64,000 nt of DNA from Thermoplasmata archaeon (GCA_034667685.1 JAXDQU010000034.1:1-64000), one strand, 5' to 3'. Counted from the first letter of the stretch, positions 35,940-45,727 are shown. Numbers and translations: made by a program. Notes: a model not told the origin generated them from the letters alone.

Positions 35940-36040
35940 CCGCCAGCACGCCAGCACGCCAACGCGCATGGTCGTGTGGCGCTCGCGTTCCCGTCCATCG
36001 CGTGTTGGCGCGCTGGCGTGCTGGCGGAAGCCGCGAAGCG
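35940..36040. repeat. Intergenic palindrome, family A (degenerate)
   Basis: CCGCCAGCACGCCAGCACGCCAACGCGC ... GCGTGTTGGCGCGCTGGCGTGCTGGCGG inside the ABC operon. Confidence 0.8.
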
Positions 36041-36073
36041 GCGACGGCGCGCGCGCACGCTCGACGACGCGCA

Positions 36074-36772
36074 TCATGGCGCCTCCAGCCCGCGATATCG
36101 CGCGTCGAGCTTCGGCGCCTCGCTCGCGGGCAGGTCGGACACAATCCTCCCATTCAGGAGAAAGAGCACGCGGTCCGCGACGCGCGAGGCCTCCACGAGG
36201 TCGTGCGTCGAGAAGAGGATCGTGCGCGTCTCGCCGCGGTACGCCCGGAGCAGCCGGGCGAGGCGCTCGCGCGCGGCCGGATCGAGGCCGGTGCCGGGCT
36301 CGTCGAGGAGCAGCACGTCGGGCTCGTGGATCAGGCACGAGGCGACGGCCGCGCGCTGGCGCAGCCCGCCCGAGAGGTCCCCGGCGCGGACGTGGGCGCG
36401 GTCCGCGAGCGCGAACTCGCCGAGCAGCCGGTCGACGCGCTCGCGCAGCCGGCGCCCGCGCACGCCTTCGAGCCGGCCGAAGAACGCGAGGTTCTCGCGG
36501 GTGGTCAGCTCGGGGTAGAGGTTCTCGCCCTGGGGCACGAAGCCGATCTTGCGGCCCAGCCGCTTCGTGTCCTCGGGGAGCAGCACGCCCGCGACCTTCG
36601 CGTCGCCCGAGGTGGGCAGAAGGACGCCGGCCAGGATCTGGAGAAGGGTGCTCTTCCCGGCGCCGTTGGGCCCCAGGAGCGCGACGGTCTGTCCGGGCGG
36701 CGCCTCGAAGGAAGCGCCCACGAGCGCGTGCGTTTGCCCGTAGTCTCGGGTGAGCCCCCGGGCCGTGATCAC
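36074..36772 (-). CDS. ABC transporter ATP-binding protein
   Basis: GPNGAGKST, LSGG, LLLDEP, STH. Confidence 0.95.
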   Translation of the reverse strand: MITARGLTRDYGQTHALVGASFEAPPGQTVALLGPNGAGKSTLLQILAGVLLPTSGDAKVAGVLLPEDTKRLGRKIGFVPQGENLYPELTTRENLAFFGRLEGVRGRRLRERVDRLLGEFALADRAHVRAGDLSGGLRQRAAVASCLIHEPDVLLLDEPGTGLDPAARERLARLLRAYRGETRTILFSTHDLVEASRVADRVLFLLNGRIVSDLPASEAPKLDARYRGLEAP

Positions 36773-36823
36773 GGCCGCGGGAGCAAGGCCCGGCCAGATA
36801 AGGCTAGACGATCGGTCGTGCGA

Positions 36824-37057
36824 CTACGCGAGGGGCACGCAGTACTGGCACGGGTACGGAATCTCGTACTGGCAGTCGTAGTAGTAGTCGCCGTAGGACC
36901 AGGAGGTGCCGATGCAGGCGAGGCCGGGGCAGTGGGGGCCGGGCTGGACGGTGCCCGAGAGGACCGTGCACGTGCCGAACGCGTCCGCGGAGGGCGCGGC
37001 GGTCACGAAGACGGTGGTCGCAAGGAGAAGCATGGCGGCAAGGATGACGATGCGCAT
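36824..37057 (-). CDS. Small secreted Cys-rich protein (77 aa, 6 Cys)
   Basis: Signal MRIVILAAMLLLATTVFVTAAPSADA; mature region Cys/Tyr-rich, ending YCVPLA. Confidence 0.7.
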   Translation of the reverse strand: MRIVILAAMLLLATTVFVTAAPSADAFGTCTVLSGTVQPGPHCPGLACIGTSWSYGDYYYDCQYEIPYPCQYCVPLA

Positions 37058-37139
37058 GGGGTTGTGCCCGCCGCCCGCACGCCGTTGCCGTGACAAGAAG
37101 TGTCGGAGGGCGCAGCCGCGTGGATGCGTGACCCCGAGA

Positions 37140-37200
37140 GAAACCCGACGACCCGCGGATCCGAGAACCCGAGGGGCGAGACGTCGGGTCGTCGGGTTTC
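37140..37200. repeat. Intergenic imperfect palindrome (GACCCGAC-like units)
   Basis: GAAACCCGACGACCCG ... CGGGTCGTCGGGTTTC. Confidence 0.75.
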
Positions 37201-37208
37201 GGCCCCGG

Positions 37209-38180
37209 TCACACCCGCGCCAGCAGCTCGGCCACGCCCTGCTTGACCGTCGCGCCTTCGTAGAGGATGCGGTGGACGACGCGCGTGAGGGGAAGGTCCA
37301 GGTCCTCGTCCACGGCGTAGTCGTTGAACGCCTTGGTGGCGAAGACGCCCTCGGCGACCTGGCCGTGCATCTTCTCCTTGATCTGCTCGGCGGGCGTGCC
37401 GCGGCCCAGCTCGCGCCCGTAGAAGCGGTTGCGCGAGTGCTCGCTGGTGACGGTGGCCACGAGGTCGCCCAGCCCCGCGAGGCCGTAGACGGTGCGCTCG
37501 TCGGCGCCGAAGAGCGTGGCCAATTCCACCATCTCGTCGATGCCCAGCGTGACGAGGCACGCGGAGCAGTTGTCGCCCCAGCCGAGGCCCTCGGCCATGC
37601 CGCCGGCGAGCGCGACGACGTTCTTGTACGACCCGCACACCTCGGCGCCCACGAGGTCGCGGCGCGGGTAGGCCTTGAAGAAGCGCGTCGCGAAGAGATC
37701 GGCCCACTCCTGCGCGATCGCCATGTCGGGGTAGGCGAGCACGGCCGCGGTGGGCTGGCCGACGCTGACCTCCTCCGCGTGGTTGGGTCCCGTGATGCAC
37801 GCGACGGGCTTGCCCGTCTCCTCGTGGATGACCTCGCTCATGCGCTTGTGCGTGCGCTGCTCCAGCCCCTTCGTCGCGGAGACGACGAGCGCCTCCGGGG
37901 CGAGGTGCTTGGCGTACACGCGAGCGAATTCCCGGGTCGCCTTGCTGGGGACCGCGTGGACCACGTGCCGCTCGCCCGCGAGCGCCTCCGGGAGGTCGTG
38001 CGTGACCGCGAGGCTGGGCGGGAAGGGGACGTTGCTGACGTAGTGCGGGTTGCGGCGCTCCTTGCGCATCGCGGCCACGAGCTGCTCGTCGCGCGCCCAG
38101 AGCGTGACGCGCTCTCCCTTGCTGGCGAGCAGGATGGCGAGCGTGGTGCCCCATGAGCCGGCACCGAGCACGGCGGGCAC
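37209..38180 (-). CDS. gpsA: NAD(P)H-dependent glycerol-3-phosphate dehydrogenase
   Basis: GAGSWGT, ATKG, GPNHAEEV, YKNVVALAGG, GLAGLGDLVAT, SRN, AEG. Confidence 0.93.
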   Translation of the reverse strand: MPAVLGAGSWGTTLAILLASKGERVTLWARDEQLVAAMRKERRNPHYVSNVPFPPSLAVTHDLPEALAGERHVVHAVPSKATREFARVYAKHLAPEALVVSATKGLEQRTHKRMSEVIHEETGKPVACITGPNHAEEVSVGQPTAAVLAYPDMAIAQEWADLFATRFFKAYPRRDLVGAEVCGSYKNVVALAGGMAEGLGWGDNCSACLVTLGIDEMVELATLFGADERTVYGLAGLGDLVATVTSEHSRNRFYGRELGRGTPAEQIKEKMHGQVAEGVFATKAFNDYAVDEDLDLPLTRVVHRILYEGATVKQGVAELLARV

Positions 38181-38184
38181 GCGC

Positions 38185-38853
38185 CTACGCTCCCGGCTGC
38201 TTGTACTCGGGGTTCTGCGTGTACTCGGGCACGTACTCCTGCCCCGAGAGGTCGCGGATCGCCACCATGATGCGGTCGGTGACCTCGCGCGTGACCTTGC
38301 GGTCCTCCTCCTGGCCGTAGAACTCGTCGAAGCGCATGGGCGCGCCGATGTGGATCGTGACCTTGTGCAGCGAGGGGACGCTCTTGCCCTTGGGCAGCAC
38401 CTTGTCGGTGCCGATCATGCCCACGGGGATGACGGGGACGCGGGCCTTCAGCGCGAGCCGCGCCACGCCGGTCCTGCCCTTGTGGAGCTTGCCGTCCACG
38501 CTGCGCGTGCCCTCCGGGTAGATGCCGAAGAGCTTGCCTTCGTCGAGGAGCTGGAGCGAGCGCGCGAACGCTTCGTTGTCCCCCTCGCCGCGCTTGAGCG
38601 GGATGACGCCCCACTGCTCGAAGAGCCAGCGCTGGACGGGCACGTCGAAGTGCTGCGCCTTGCTGATGAAGAAGATCTGCCGCGGCACGCACGCCGGCAG
38701 GAAGTAGTGGTCCGTGTAGGAGAGGTGGTTCGACGCGAGGATGGCGGCGCCGGCCTTGGGCACGTGGTGGAGCCCGGTGGCGTGGACCCGCCAGAGCCCG
38801 CGCAGCATGGGCCCGACGGTGAACTGCGACGCCTTGTAGAATCGCTCGCCCAT
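38185..38853 (-). CDS. plsC: Lysophospholipid (1-acyl-sn-glycerol-3-phosphate) acyltransferase
   Basis: NHLSYTD (HxxxxD), YPEGTRS, VPVIPVG. Confidence 0.9.
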   Translation of the reverse strand: MGERFYKASQFTVGPMLRGLWRVHATGLHHVPKAGAAILASNHLSYTDHYFLPACVPRQIFFISKAQHFDVPVQRWLFEQWGVIPLKRGEGDNEAFARSLQLLDEGKLFGIYPEGTRSVDGKLHKGRTGVARLALKARVPVIPVGMIGTDKVLPKGKSVPSLHKVTIHIGAPMRFDEFYGQEEDRKVTREVTDRIMVAIRDLSGQEYVPEYTQNPEYKQPGA

Positions 38854-38978
38854 GACGCGGGGGCCAAGCCGGGCGGGGCAGGTAAGATTTTCGGCCAGCG
38901 CGGGGGGTTCGGGGGGCGCAGCCCCCCGACGTTTCGCACGCGCAAATCCTCAAGCCCAACCCGGGGCTGCGCCCCGTC

Positions 38979-39401
38979 GTGGACGCGCCGCGCACCTTCA
39001 CGCCCGAGGAAGCCCAGGCGCTCCTTCCGCAGGTCCGCCCCCTGCTGGCGCAGCTCCGTGACGCGTTCCACGGCTTCCGCTTCGCGCGCGAGCAGTGGAC
39101 CGAGCTGCGCGAGGTGTACGGCGAGGACCCGGCCAGCGTCGAGCAGCACCCGGCCCACGACGAGGCCGTCCGCTGGCGCCGCGAGGCCGAAGCCCAGGGG
39201 CAGCGCGTGCAGGCGCTCGTGGACGAGCTCGACGCGCTCGGCGTCGAGGTCAAGGACCCCATGCTGGGCCTCATCGACTTCTACGCGCAGCGCGAGGGCG
39301 AGCTCGTCTACCTCTGCTTCCGCGACGACGAGGACGCGCTGCGCTACTGGCACCCGCTCTCCACCGGATTCGCGGGACGGCGGCCGCTCTCCGAGTTCTG
39401 A
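38979..39401 (+). CDS. DUF2203-like protein
   Basis: FTPEEAQALLP, GVEVKD..GLIDF, YLC, YWH..GFAGRRP. Confidence 0.85.
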   Translation: MDAPRTFTPEEAQALLPQVRPLLAQLRDAFHGFRFAREQWTELREVYGEDPASVEQHPAHDEAVRWRREAEAQGQRVQALVDELDALGVEVKDPMLGLIDFYAQREGELVYLCFRDDEDALRYWHPLSTGFAGRRPLSEF

Positions 39402-39406
39402 CATCA

Positions 39407-39517
39407 AAGGGAAGACGGGAAGCGAGGGAAGAAAGGAACAAGGGAACAAGGGAACAAGGGAACAAGGGCCCCCTTGTTCCCTTCTTCCCTCGCTTCCCGT
39501 CTTCCCGTCTTCCCTTC
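39407..39517. repeat. Intergenic palindrome, family D (GGGAACAA/GGGAAGAC 8-mer units)
   Basis: GGGAAGACGGGAAGCGAGGGAAGAAAGGAACAAGGG... mirrored by CCCTTGTTCCCTTCTTCCCTCGCTTCCCGTCTTCCC. Confidence 0.85.
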
Positions 39518-39572
39518 GGATTTCGATATCACGGCCACATGCCCGATAGCGGATGCGACGCGACGGGCTGAC

Positions 39573-39854
39573 ATGCAACGCTTCCTGGCGATCCACGCCA
39601 TTCCCCTGGGCACGAACGAGGCCGCGTTCCGCCAGACCCTGGTGCGCGTGGCCGACGCGGCGGACAAGCTCGGCATCGACGTCAAGGAGACGCTCTACAA
39701 CCTCGACCAGGGGAAGGCGTGGAGCGTCTTCGAGGCGGAGAACGAGGCGGACGTCGTCGAGGTGACGAGCCTCGCGGGCCTGCCGCGCCCCGAGGTGCTT
39801 CCCACGGAGATCGTCTACACCGAGCTGCTCAGCGAGCCGCGTCGGGCGCGCTGA
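39573..39854 (+). CDS. Small DUF4242/SCO4226-like ferredoxin-fold protein
   Basis: MQRFLAIH...GKAWSVFEAENEADV..AGLP. Confidence 0.6.
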   Translation: MQRFLAIHAIPLGTNEAAFRQTLVRVADAADKLGIDVKETLYNLDQGKAWSVFEAENEADVVEVTSLAGLPRPEVLPTEIVYTELLSEPRRAR

Positions 39855-39874
39855 ACGGGTCGGAAACGCGCGTC

Positions 39875-40093
39875 CTACGGCAGGCCGCACTCGGTCGAGG
39901 CGAGCCGGCAGGTCGCGTTGATGGCGACCATACATGCGCCCAGGAGCCAAAGCACACACCTGCCGCCGTCGCCAAGCTGGCAGTTCTCCTGTACAAGGGC
40001 ATCGCCGCACCTGGTGGCCATTGCGCCCGGCGTGACGACGAGAACGGTGGCGGTCACGAGGGAGAGCATCAAGGCGGTCGCAACGAGTTTCAT
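39875..40093 (-). CDS. Small secreted Cys-rich protein (72 aa, 6 Cys)
   Basis: Signal MKLVATALMLSLVTATVLVVTPGAMA; six Cys in the 46-aa mature region. Confidence 0.65.
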   Translation of the reverse strand: MKLVATALMLSLVTATVLVVTPGAMATRCGDALVQENCQLGDGGRCVLWLLGACMVAINATCRLASTECGLP

Positions 40094-40198
40094 GGGGGAT
40101 CCTTCCGGCCAATGTGGGCCTGTTGCACGCACGAGCCTCGGGAGCATTATGTTACCTGCAGTGACGAGGTTGCACTTATCGAGGTTTCTTCGCCGGGA

Positions 40199-41101
40199 TC
40201 AAGGATCGTGGCTGGATAGGATATCCTGGATGCGGCGGAGAAACGCCTCCGGCGCGTCCTCCTGCCAGAAGTGGCCCGCGTCGGGCGCCACGTGCTCGAC
40301 GCTCTCCACGGCGAGGCCGCTCTCGCGCCAGCGCTCGGCCAGGCGCGGCGGCATCACGGGATCGCGGTCGGCCCAGAGCACGTGCACCGGCGCGTGGGAG
40401 AGGAGCGGGAAGCGCGCCTCGGCCTCGCGCAGCGTCGCCGCCTCGGGGTGGTCGGGCCCGTCGGGCACCATCTGCACGAAGCGCGCCGCCGCGACGCGCC
40501 CGCCTTTTTCGCGCATGGGCCAGGCGTAGGCGCGGCGAGCCTCGCGCGAGAGCGGCCTGCGCACGCCGCCGCGCATCGCGGTCGCGCGCACGAGGTCGAG
40601 CCGCACGCCCAATTGATAGCCCAGGGGCGAGGCGAAGAGCGCGTGCCAGCGCGTGAACGCGCGCTTGCGTTTGGGCGCGAAGGCCACCGTGTTGCAGACG
40701 AGGATGCGCTTCACGCGCTGCGGCTCGCGCGTCGCCCACGTCATGCCGATGGGCCCGCCCCAGTCGTGGAGCACGAGCGTCGCGTCGCGCACGTCGAGCG
40801 CCGCGAGGACCGCGCGCAGGTTCTCCGCGTGGCGCTCCAGCGAGTAGTAGCGCGGGTCGGTGGGCTTCTCCGAGAGGCCGAAGCCGGCGTGGTCGAGCAC
40901 GACGACGCGGTGCCCCGCCGCCACGAGCGGCCCCACGAGCTTGCGGTAGAGGTAGCTCCACGTCGGGTTGCCGTGCAACAGCACGAGGGGCGCCGCGTCG
41001 CGCGGGCCCGCGTCGACGACCGAGAGCCGCACGCCCTCGACGGTGATATCACGGCGCGGCCAGGGCATCGCGGCGGCGATCTCCGGCGGGAGCTTGCGCA
41101 T
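40199..41101 (-). CDS. Haloalkane dehalogenase-like alpha/beta hydrolase
   Basis: LHGNPTWSYLYR, GFGLS, LHDWGG (Asp nucleophile), AGHFWQED. Confidence 0.88.
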   Translation of the reverse strand: MRKLPPEIAAAMPWPRRDITVEGVRLSVVDAGPRDAAPLVLLHGNPTWSYLYRKLVGPLVAAGHRVVVLDHAGFGLSEKPTDPRYYSLERHAENLRAVLAALDVRDATLVLHDWGGPIGMTWATREPQRVKRILVCNTVAFAPKRKRAFTRWHALFASPLGYQLGVRLDLVRATAMRGGVRRPLSREARRAYAWPMREKGGRVAAARFVQMVPDGPDHPEAATLREAEARFPLLSHAPVHVLWADRDPVMPPRLAERWRESGLAVESVEHVAPDAGHFWQEDAPEAFLRRIQDILSSHDP

Positions 41102-41182
41102 GCGCGTCCAACCGGCGCCTCGCAGAACCATGTTTCGGATCGGCGCTCCGGCTGGGGCTCCGCCCCAGCGTGGAGCGAGCGC

Positions 41183-41635
41183 CTACTGCACGTGCTGGGC
41201 GACGTCGTCGACCTCGCGGTCGCAGTAGCCGCAGCGCAGCTTGACCGGGTCGCGCGCGACGATGAGGAACTGCGCGCGCACCGGCTCGTGGTTCGTCACG
41301 CAGTTGGGGTTCGGGCACTTGACGAGCCCGCTGACCTTCTCGGGCAGCTCGACGCGGTCCTTGCGCGCCACCTCATACTCGCGGATGATGTTGATCGTCG
41401 CGTTGGGCGCGATGAGCGCGATCTTGTTGACCTCGTTCGCGTCCAGCTCGCGGTCCTCGATCTTGAGGATGTCCTTGCGGCCGCGGCTGCTGGGGACGTT
41501 CATCGCCGCGGTAATCGTGCTCGTGCTGCCCGGGCGCGGCAGGCCCAGGATGCGCATCACGGTGACGGCGCGCCCCGCGCTGATGTGGTCGATGACGGTG
41601 CCGTTGCGGATCGGCTGCACCTTCAATTCCTGCAC
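41183..41635 (-). CDS. pyrI: Aspartate carbamoyltransferase regulatory chain
   Basis: GTVIDHI, KDILKIE, CPNPNC, CGYC. Confidence 0.96.
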   Translation of the reverse strand: MQELKVQPIRNGTVIDHISAGRAVTVMRILGLPRPGSTSTITAAMNVPSSRGRKDILKIEDRELDANEVNKIALIAPNATINIIREYEVARKDRVELPEKVSGLVKCPNPNCVTNHEPVRAQFLIVARDPVKLRCGYCDREVDDVAQHVQ

Positions 41636-42571
41636 TCACGCCACCCCCTTGAGGCCGAGGACTTCCGCCAGGAGCGCCATGCGCACCGGCACGCCGAACG
41701 CGGCCTGCTCGAAGTACTTCGCCGCGGGCGTGTCGTCCACGGCCGGGTCGATCTCGCCCACGCGCGGGAGCGGGTGCATCACGACGATGCCCTTCTTGCC
41801 CTCCGCGAGCAGGTTGGGCGTTACGCGCAGCACGCCGCTGACCTTGCGGTACTCGTCCACGTCGGGGAAGCGCTCCTTCTGGATGCGCGTCATGTAGAGC
41901 ACGTCCGTCTCGCCGATGACCTCCTCCAGGCGCGAGGCGAGCTTGTAGCGCGCACCCGCCGCGTCGAGCATCTGGCGCATGTCGTGCGGGATCTGCAGGC
42001 TCTCGGGCGCGACGAAGTTCATCTCGACGCCGTACATCGCCAGCGCCTGCGCGAGCGAGTGCACCGTCCGGCCATACTTCAGGTCGCCCGCGATCGTCAC
42101 CGTGTTGGGCCGGATCTCGCCCTTCGCCTTGCGGATCGTGAAGAGGTCCGTGAGCGTCTGCGTCGGGTGCTGCCCCGCGCCGTCGCCCGCATTGATCACC
42201 GGCACGCGCGAGTAGCGCGCCGCGAGCCGGGCCGCCCCCTCGCGCGGGTGGCGCAGCACCACGAGGTCGCTGTACGAGGCCACCATGCGGATCGTGTCCG
42301 CCAGCGTCTCGCCCTTCGTCGCGCTCGTGCTGCCCGGCTCCGCCACGCTGATGACGCTGCCGCCCAGGCGGTGCATCGCGCTCTCGAAGGAGAGCCGGGT
42401 CCGCGTCGAGGGCTCGAAGAAGAGCGTCGCCAGGATGCGCCCGCGCGCCGCGTCGAGGACGCGCTCGCCGCGCGAGGCGGGAAGGAGCCGCTCGGCCGCG
42501 TCGAGCACCCGGTCCATGTCGGCGACGGTCATGTCTCCGATGTGGGAGAGGTGGCGACCCTGGAAGCTCAT
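41636..42571 (-). CDS. pyrB: Aspartate carbamoyltransferase catalytic chain
   Basis: FFEPSTRTRLSF, HPTQTLTD, GDLKYGRT, MHPLPR. Confidence 0.97.
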   Translation of the reverse strand: MSFQGRHLSHIGDMTVADMDRVLDAAERLLPASRGERVLDAARGRILATLFFEPSTRTRLSFESAMHRLGGSVISVAEPGSTSATKGETLADTIRMVASYSDLVVLRHPREGAARLAARYSRVPVINAGDGAGQHPTQTLTDLFTIRKAKGEIRPNTVTIAGDLKYGRTVHSLAQALAMYGVEMNFVAPESLQIPHDMRQMLDAAGARYKLASRLEEVIGETDVLYMTRIQKERFPDVDEYRKVSGVLRVTPNLLAEGKKGIVVMHPLPRVGEIDPAVDDTPAAKYFEQAAFGVPVRMALLAEVLGLKGVA

Positions 42572-42616
42572 GGGGCGGCGAACCGGTGGACGCGATAAAG
42601 GCTTTGCCAGGCGGGA

Positions 42617-42877
42617 TCACGGCGCGCAGGGATAGGCGCTGTCCAGGACGCGCAGCGTGCACGTGGGACCCGCGACCCCGTCGCCGCCGCGGTAGTAGAC
42701 GACCTCGCCCGTGGGGCCCGCGCACGCGACGGTGGTGAACCAGTCGTCCACGCCGGTCGTCTGGCTGGCCGTGCAGGGTCCGATCGAGACGCCGTGCCCG
42801 GGGTCGAAGGCGGAGGCGAAGGGCGCGACGAGGACGAGGACAAAGGCGAGGAAGAGGGCGAGGGAGCTGCCGCGCAT
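42617..42877 (-). CDS. Small secreted Cys-containing protein (86 aa, 4 Cys)
   Basis: Signal MRGSSLALFLAFVLVLVAPFASA; ends YPCAP. Confidence 0.65.
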   Translation of the reverse strand: MRGSSLALFLAFVLVLVAPFASAFDPGHGVSIGPCTASQTTGVDDWFTTVACAGPTGEVVYYRGGDGVAGPTCTLRVLDSAYPCAP

Positions 42878-42931
42878 CGCCGCGCGAGCGCGGGCCGGGC
42901 GCATCCGGCTTGCTGCCGCGCAACGCGCGGG

Positions 42932-43309
42932 CTACGCCGTGGGACCCGGACGCTCGCGCAGCTCGATGCGGTTGCCCCACGGATCCTGCGCGTAGAACCC
43001 GCGCGTGCCGACCTCGTGGGGCGCGTCGTAGTGCCGGAAGCGCGCCTTGTCCAGCGCCATGCGGATCGTCTCCGCCTTGTCCACGCGGAAGCGCGCCGAC
43101 GGAGGCGGGTTGAGCACGGCGCGGAACCCCTCCTGCGGCAGGACCTTGAACAGGCCCTCCGCGGTCTGGAACCAGATCCCCTTCTCGCCGGGCGGCTTCA
43201 TCGTCTCCTTCAGGCCGAGCATTTGCCCGTAGAAGCGCCGCGCCTCCGCCTCGCCCCCGGGCGGCATGAGCACGGACTCGCCCATCTCCTTCGCGAGCAC
43301 GCGGGGCAT
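42932..43309 (-). CDS. VOC/glyoxalase family protein
   Basis: EARRFYGQMLGL, FYAQDPWGNRIEL. Confidence 0.8.
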   Translation of the reverse strand: MPRVLAKEMGESVLMPPGGEAEARRFYGQMLGLKETMKPPGEKGIWFQTAEGLFKVLPQEGFRAVLNPPPSARFRVDKAETIRMALDKARFRHYDAPHEVGTRGFYAQDPWGNRIELRERPGPTA

Positions 43310-43340
43310 CGCGCCGCGCAACGCCGCATGCGCGGATGAA

Positions 43341-43403
43341 GGGCTCGGGGCTCTGGACTCAAGGCTCAGGGCTCCGGAGCCCGGAGTCCAGAGCCCCGAG
43401 CCC
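43341..43403. repeat. Intergenic palindrome, family B
   Basis: GGGCTCGGGGCTCTGGACTC ... GAGTCCAGAGCCCCGAGCCC. Confidence 0.85.
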
Positions 43404-43461
43404 CGCCGTTCGGAGGTCCGTCGCAGAACGCTCATGCGCAGGAACGGGGTCACGAAGCCCG

Positions 43462-44124
43462 ATGGCCCTGCTCGCGGCGCTGGCCGACTGGAGCCTCCAG
43501 GTCATGGCGAGCCTCGGCTACGTCGGGCTCTTCCTCCTCATGACCGCGGAGAGCATGGTGCTCCCCGTCCCCAGCGAGGCCGTGCTCCCGTTCGCAGGCG
43601 CGCTCGCGGCGCGCGGCGAGATGAGCCTTCTGCTGGCCTTCCTCGTCGCGCTGGCCGGCACCCTCGCGGGCTCGCTCCTCTCGTACGGCATGGGCGCGTG
43701 GGGCGTGCGCCCGCTGCTGGAGCGCTACGGCAAGTACGTCCTCGTCACGCCGCACCACATCGAGACGACGCACCGCTTCTTCGAGCGGAAGGGGGGCGCG
43801 TGGACGCTCTTCCTCGCGCGCTTCGTCCCCGTCGTGCGCCACCTCATCAGCATCCCCGCCGGCAGCGCGCGCATGCCCCTGGGCCGCTTCGTCCTCGCCA
43901 CCGCGCTGGGCGGCGGCCTCTGGGACGCCTTCCTGCTCTACGTGGGCTATCTCCTCGGCAAGAACTGGGAGACCGTGACCGCGCTCGTGGACCAATGGAA
44001 GTGGGCGATCCTCGGCGCCGCCGTGATCGCGGCCGCCATCGCGGCGTGGATCGCGTGGCAGCGGCGCAAGCGCAACGGGACCGCGACCTCCTCGGGCGAG
44101 ACCGGCCTCGCCCCCGGCCGGTGA
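43462..44124 (+). CDS. DedA family membrane protein
   Basis: ESMVLPVPSE, ARFVPVVRHLISIPAG. Confidence 0.92.
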   Translation: MALLAALADWSLQVMASLGYVGLFLLMTAESMVLPVPSEAVLPFAGALAARGEMSLLLAFLVALAGTLAGSLLSYGMGAWGVRPLLERYGKYVLVTPHHIETTHRFFERKGGAWTLFLARFVPVVRHLISIPAGSARMPLGRFVLATALGGGLWDAFLLYVGYLLGKNWETVTALVDQWKWAILGAAVIAAAIAAWIAWQRRKRNGTATSSGETGLAPGR

Positions 44125-44126
44125 GG

Positions 44127-45656
44127 CTACCGCCACGCGACGGCGTAGCGCGCGAGCCGCTCCAGGTTGCTCCGATGGGCGCGGAGGCGACGGCTCCACG
44201 CCGCGCCCGCGCCCGCGCCGGCGACCACCGACGCCGCGAGGGCGCCGGGCGCCGCGGCGGGGTCGAGCCAGAAGAGCGAGAGCGCGCCCACCGCGCCCGC
44301 AGCCAGGAGCGCGCCCGGCACGAAGCGCTTCGCCAGGAGGAACGGAAGCCCGGGGACGAACGAGAGAAGCTGCACCTTCGCGGGCGCGTCGAGCGCGGCG
44401 GACGAGGGCGCGAGGTGGTCGGGCGCAGGGTCCCGCCGCGCGTAACAGGTCGAGCAGAGGGCGGGCCGCTCGGCCAGGGCCAGGCGCGAGGGCCACCGCC
44501 AGGCGTGGGGCGAGCACAGCGTCCTGCGGCACGTGGCGCACGCCACGCCCCTTGCCTCCCCGGACTCGGGCGCGATGAGCCCGCAGTCGTTGCAGAGATA
44601 TCCGCGCCCCGATTCGAACGCCGAGACGCCCTGGGCGAATCCTTCCGACGCGCACACGCGCCACGGCCGCGCGGCGTCGTCCGCGAAGTCGACGCGGTAC
44701 GCGCGCGGGCCGATCTGGAGCCGGAGCCTGCGGCGGTAGAGCAGCACCTGCTTGGCGGAGGTCTGGACGTCGGCCGGGCGGACCTCGCAGAGCTTGGTGT
44801 AGCTCACGTTGTTGCGGCCGCTGTAGCTGACCTCGCGGGTGAGGCGGGACGCGACGCCCGCCGCCACCTGAGCCTGATATCGTTCCAGGGGCACGCCGAA
44901 GTAGGCGGCCGGGGCGCGCCCCTCCACCAGCGCGTGCTCGACCCGATGCGTGGCGCTCGTCTGCCAGTGCTCGCGCTCGGCGTCGGCCAGGTGTCCCTGC
45001 ACGGGGACCAGGACGCGCCCGCGCTCGCTCGCGGTGTAGAGGTGGCCCACCGTCGTCTCGAAGCTCCGCTCCACCTCGTAGTCCACGGCCACCACCGGGA
45101 TGACCTCAAGGGCATTCTCGTGGAGCTCGGCCGCGGCGAGGGCGGTGCGCGGGTGGCCTTTCAAGGGCGCCAGGTGGCGGGTGCCCAGCGTGGCGCGCGC
45201 CGTCTCGTCGTCCCGGCAGGGCACGTGGAACGTGAGCCCGGTCCCCTGGCGGCCCAGCGTGAGGAACACGCCCGCCTCGCGGGCCATCTGCACCAGGCGC
45301 GCGAAGTCCACGAGCTGGAGGCGAGGTCCCGTCCGCGCGTTGACCTCGGCGGCGTAGGCTTCCGCGGCCTCCGAGAAGCGGCTCGTCGTGACCAGCAGCG
45401 CCTCCGTCGCGCCAGGATAGGTGAGCGCGGCGCTGTGGAGCTTCTGCACCGTGGGGCGGCCGACGCTCGCCTCCATGTGCTTGCACTCGACCACGACGAT
45501 GCTTGGCCCGCGGCGCAGGACGAGGTCGCGCCCCTCGTCGTGGGAGCCCTTCCCCTGCGTCACGTGATAGCCGAGGCGCTGGAAGATGCGGCCCATGACG
45601 TGCTCGAAGCGGCGGCCATCGAGCGCGTCGAGGTCGTAGACGATCTCCTCGCCCAC
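44127..45656 (-). CDS. Mrr-type (PD-D/ExK) restriction endonuclease domain fused to a Zn finger and C-terminal TM hairpin
   Basis: FEHVMGRIFQRLGY, DEGRDL, VECKH, VGRPTVQKL, TTSRFS; CNDC, CATC..C..H, CSTC; two C-terminal hydrophobic helices. Confidence 0.8.
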   Translation of the reverse strand: MGEEIVYDLDALDGRRFEHVMGRIFQRLGYHVTQGKGSHDEGRDLVLRRGPSIVVVECKHMEASVGRPTVQKLHSAALTYPGATEALLVTTSRFSEAAEAYAAEVNARTGPRLQLVDFARLVQMAREAGVFLTLGRQGTGLTFHVPCRDDETARATLGTRHLAPLKGHPRTALAAAELHENALEVIPVVAVDYEVERSFETTVGHLYTASERGRVLVPVQGHLADAEREHWQTSATHRVEHALVEGRAPAAYFGVPLERYQAQVAAGVASRLTREVSYSGRNNVSYTKLCEVRPADVQTSAKQVLLYRRRLRLQIGPRAYRVDFADDAARPWRVCASEGFAQGVSAFESGRGYLCNDCGLIAPESGEARGVACATCRRTLCSPHAWRWPSRLALAERPALCSTCYARRDPAPDHLAPSSAALDAPAKVQLLSFVPGLPFLLAKRFVPGALLAAGAVGALSLFWLDPAAAPGALAASVVAGAGAGAAWSRRLRAHRSNLERLARYAVAWR

Positions 45657-45727
45657 GCTGCGCGAAGGATCGGTGGAGGGAGATAAGAGTTAGCGTAACG
45701 GCCCAGGCGCGGCCGGGCCTGACCGGC

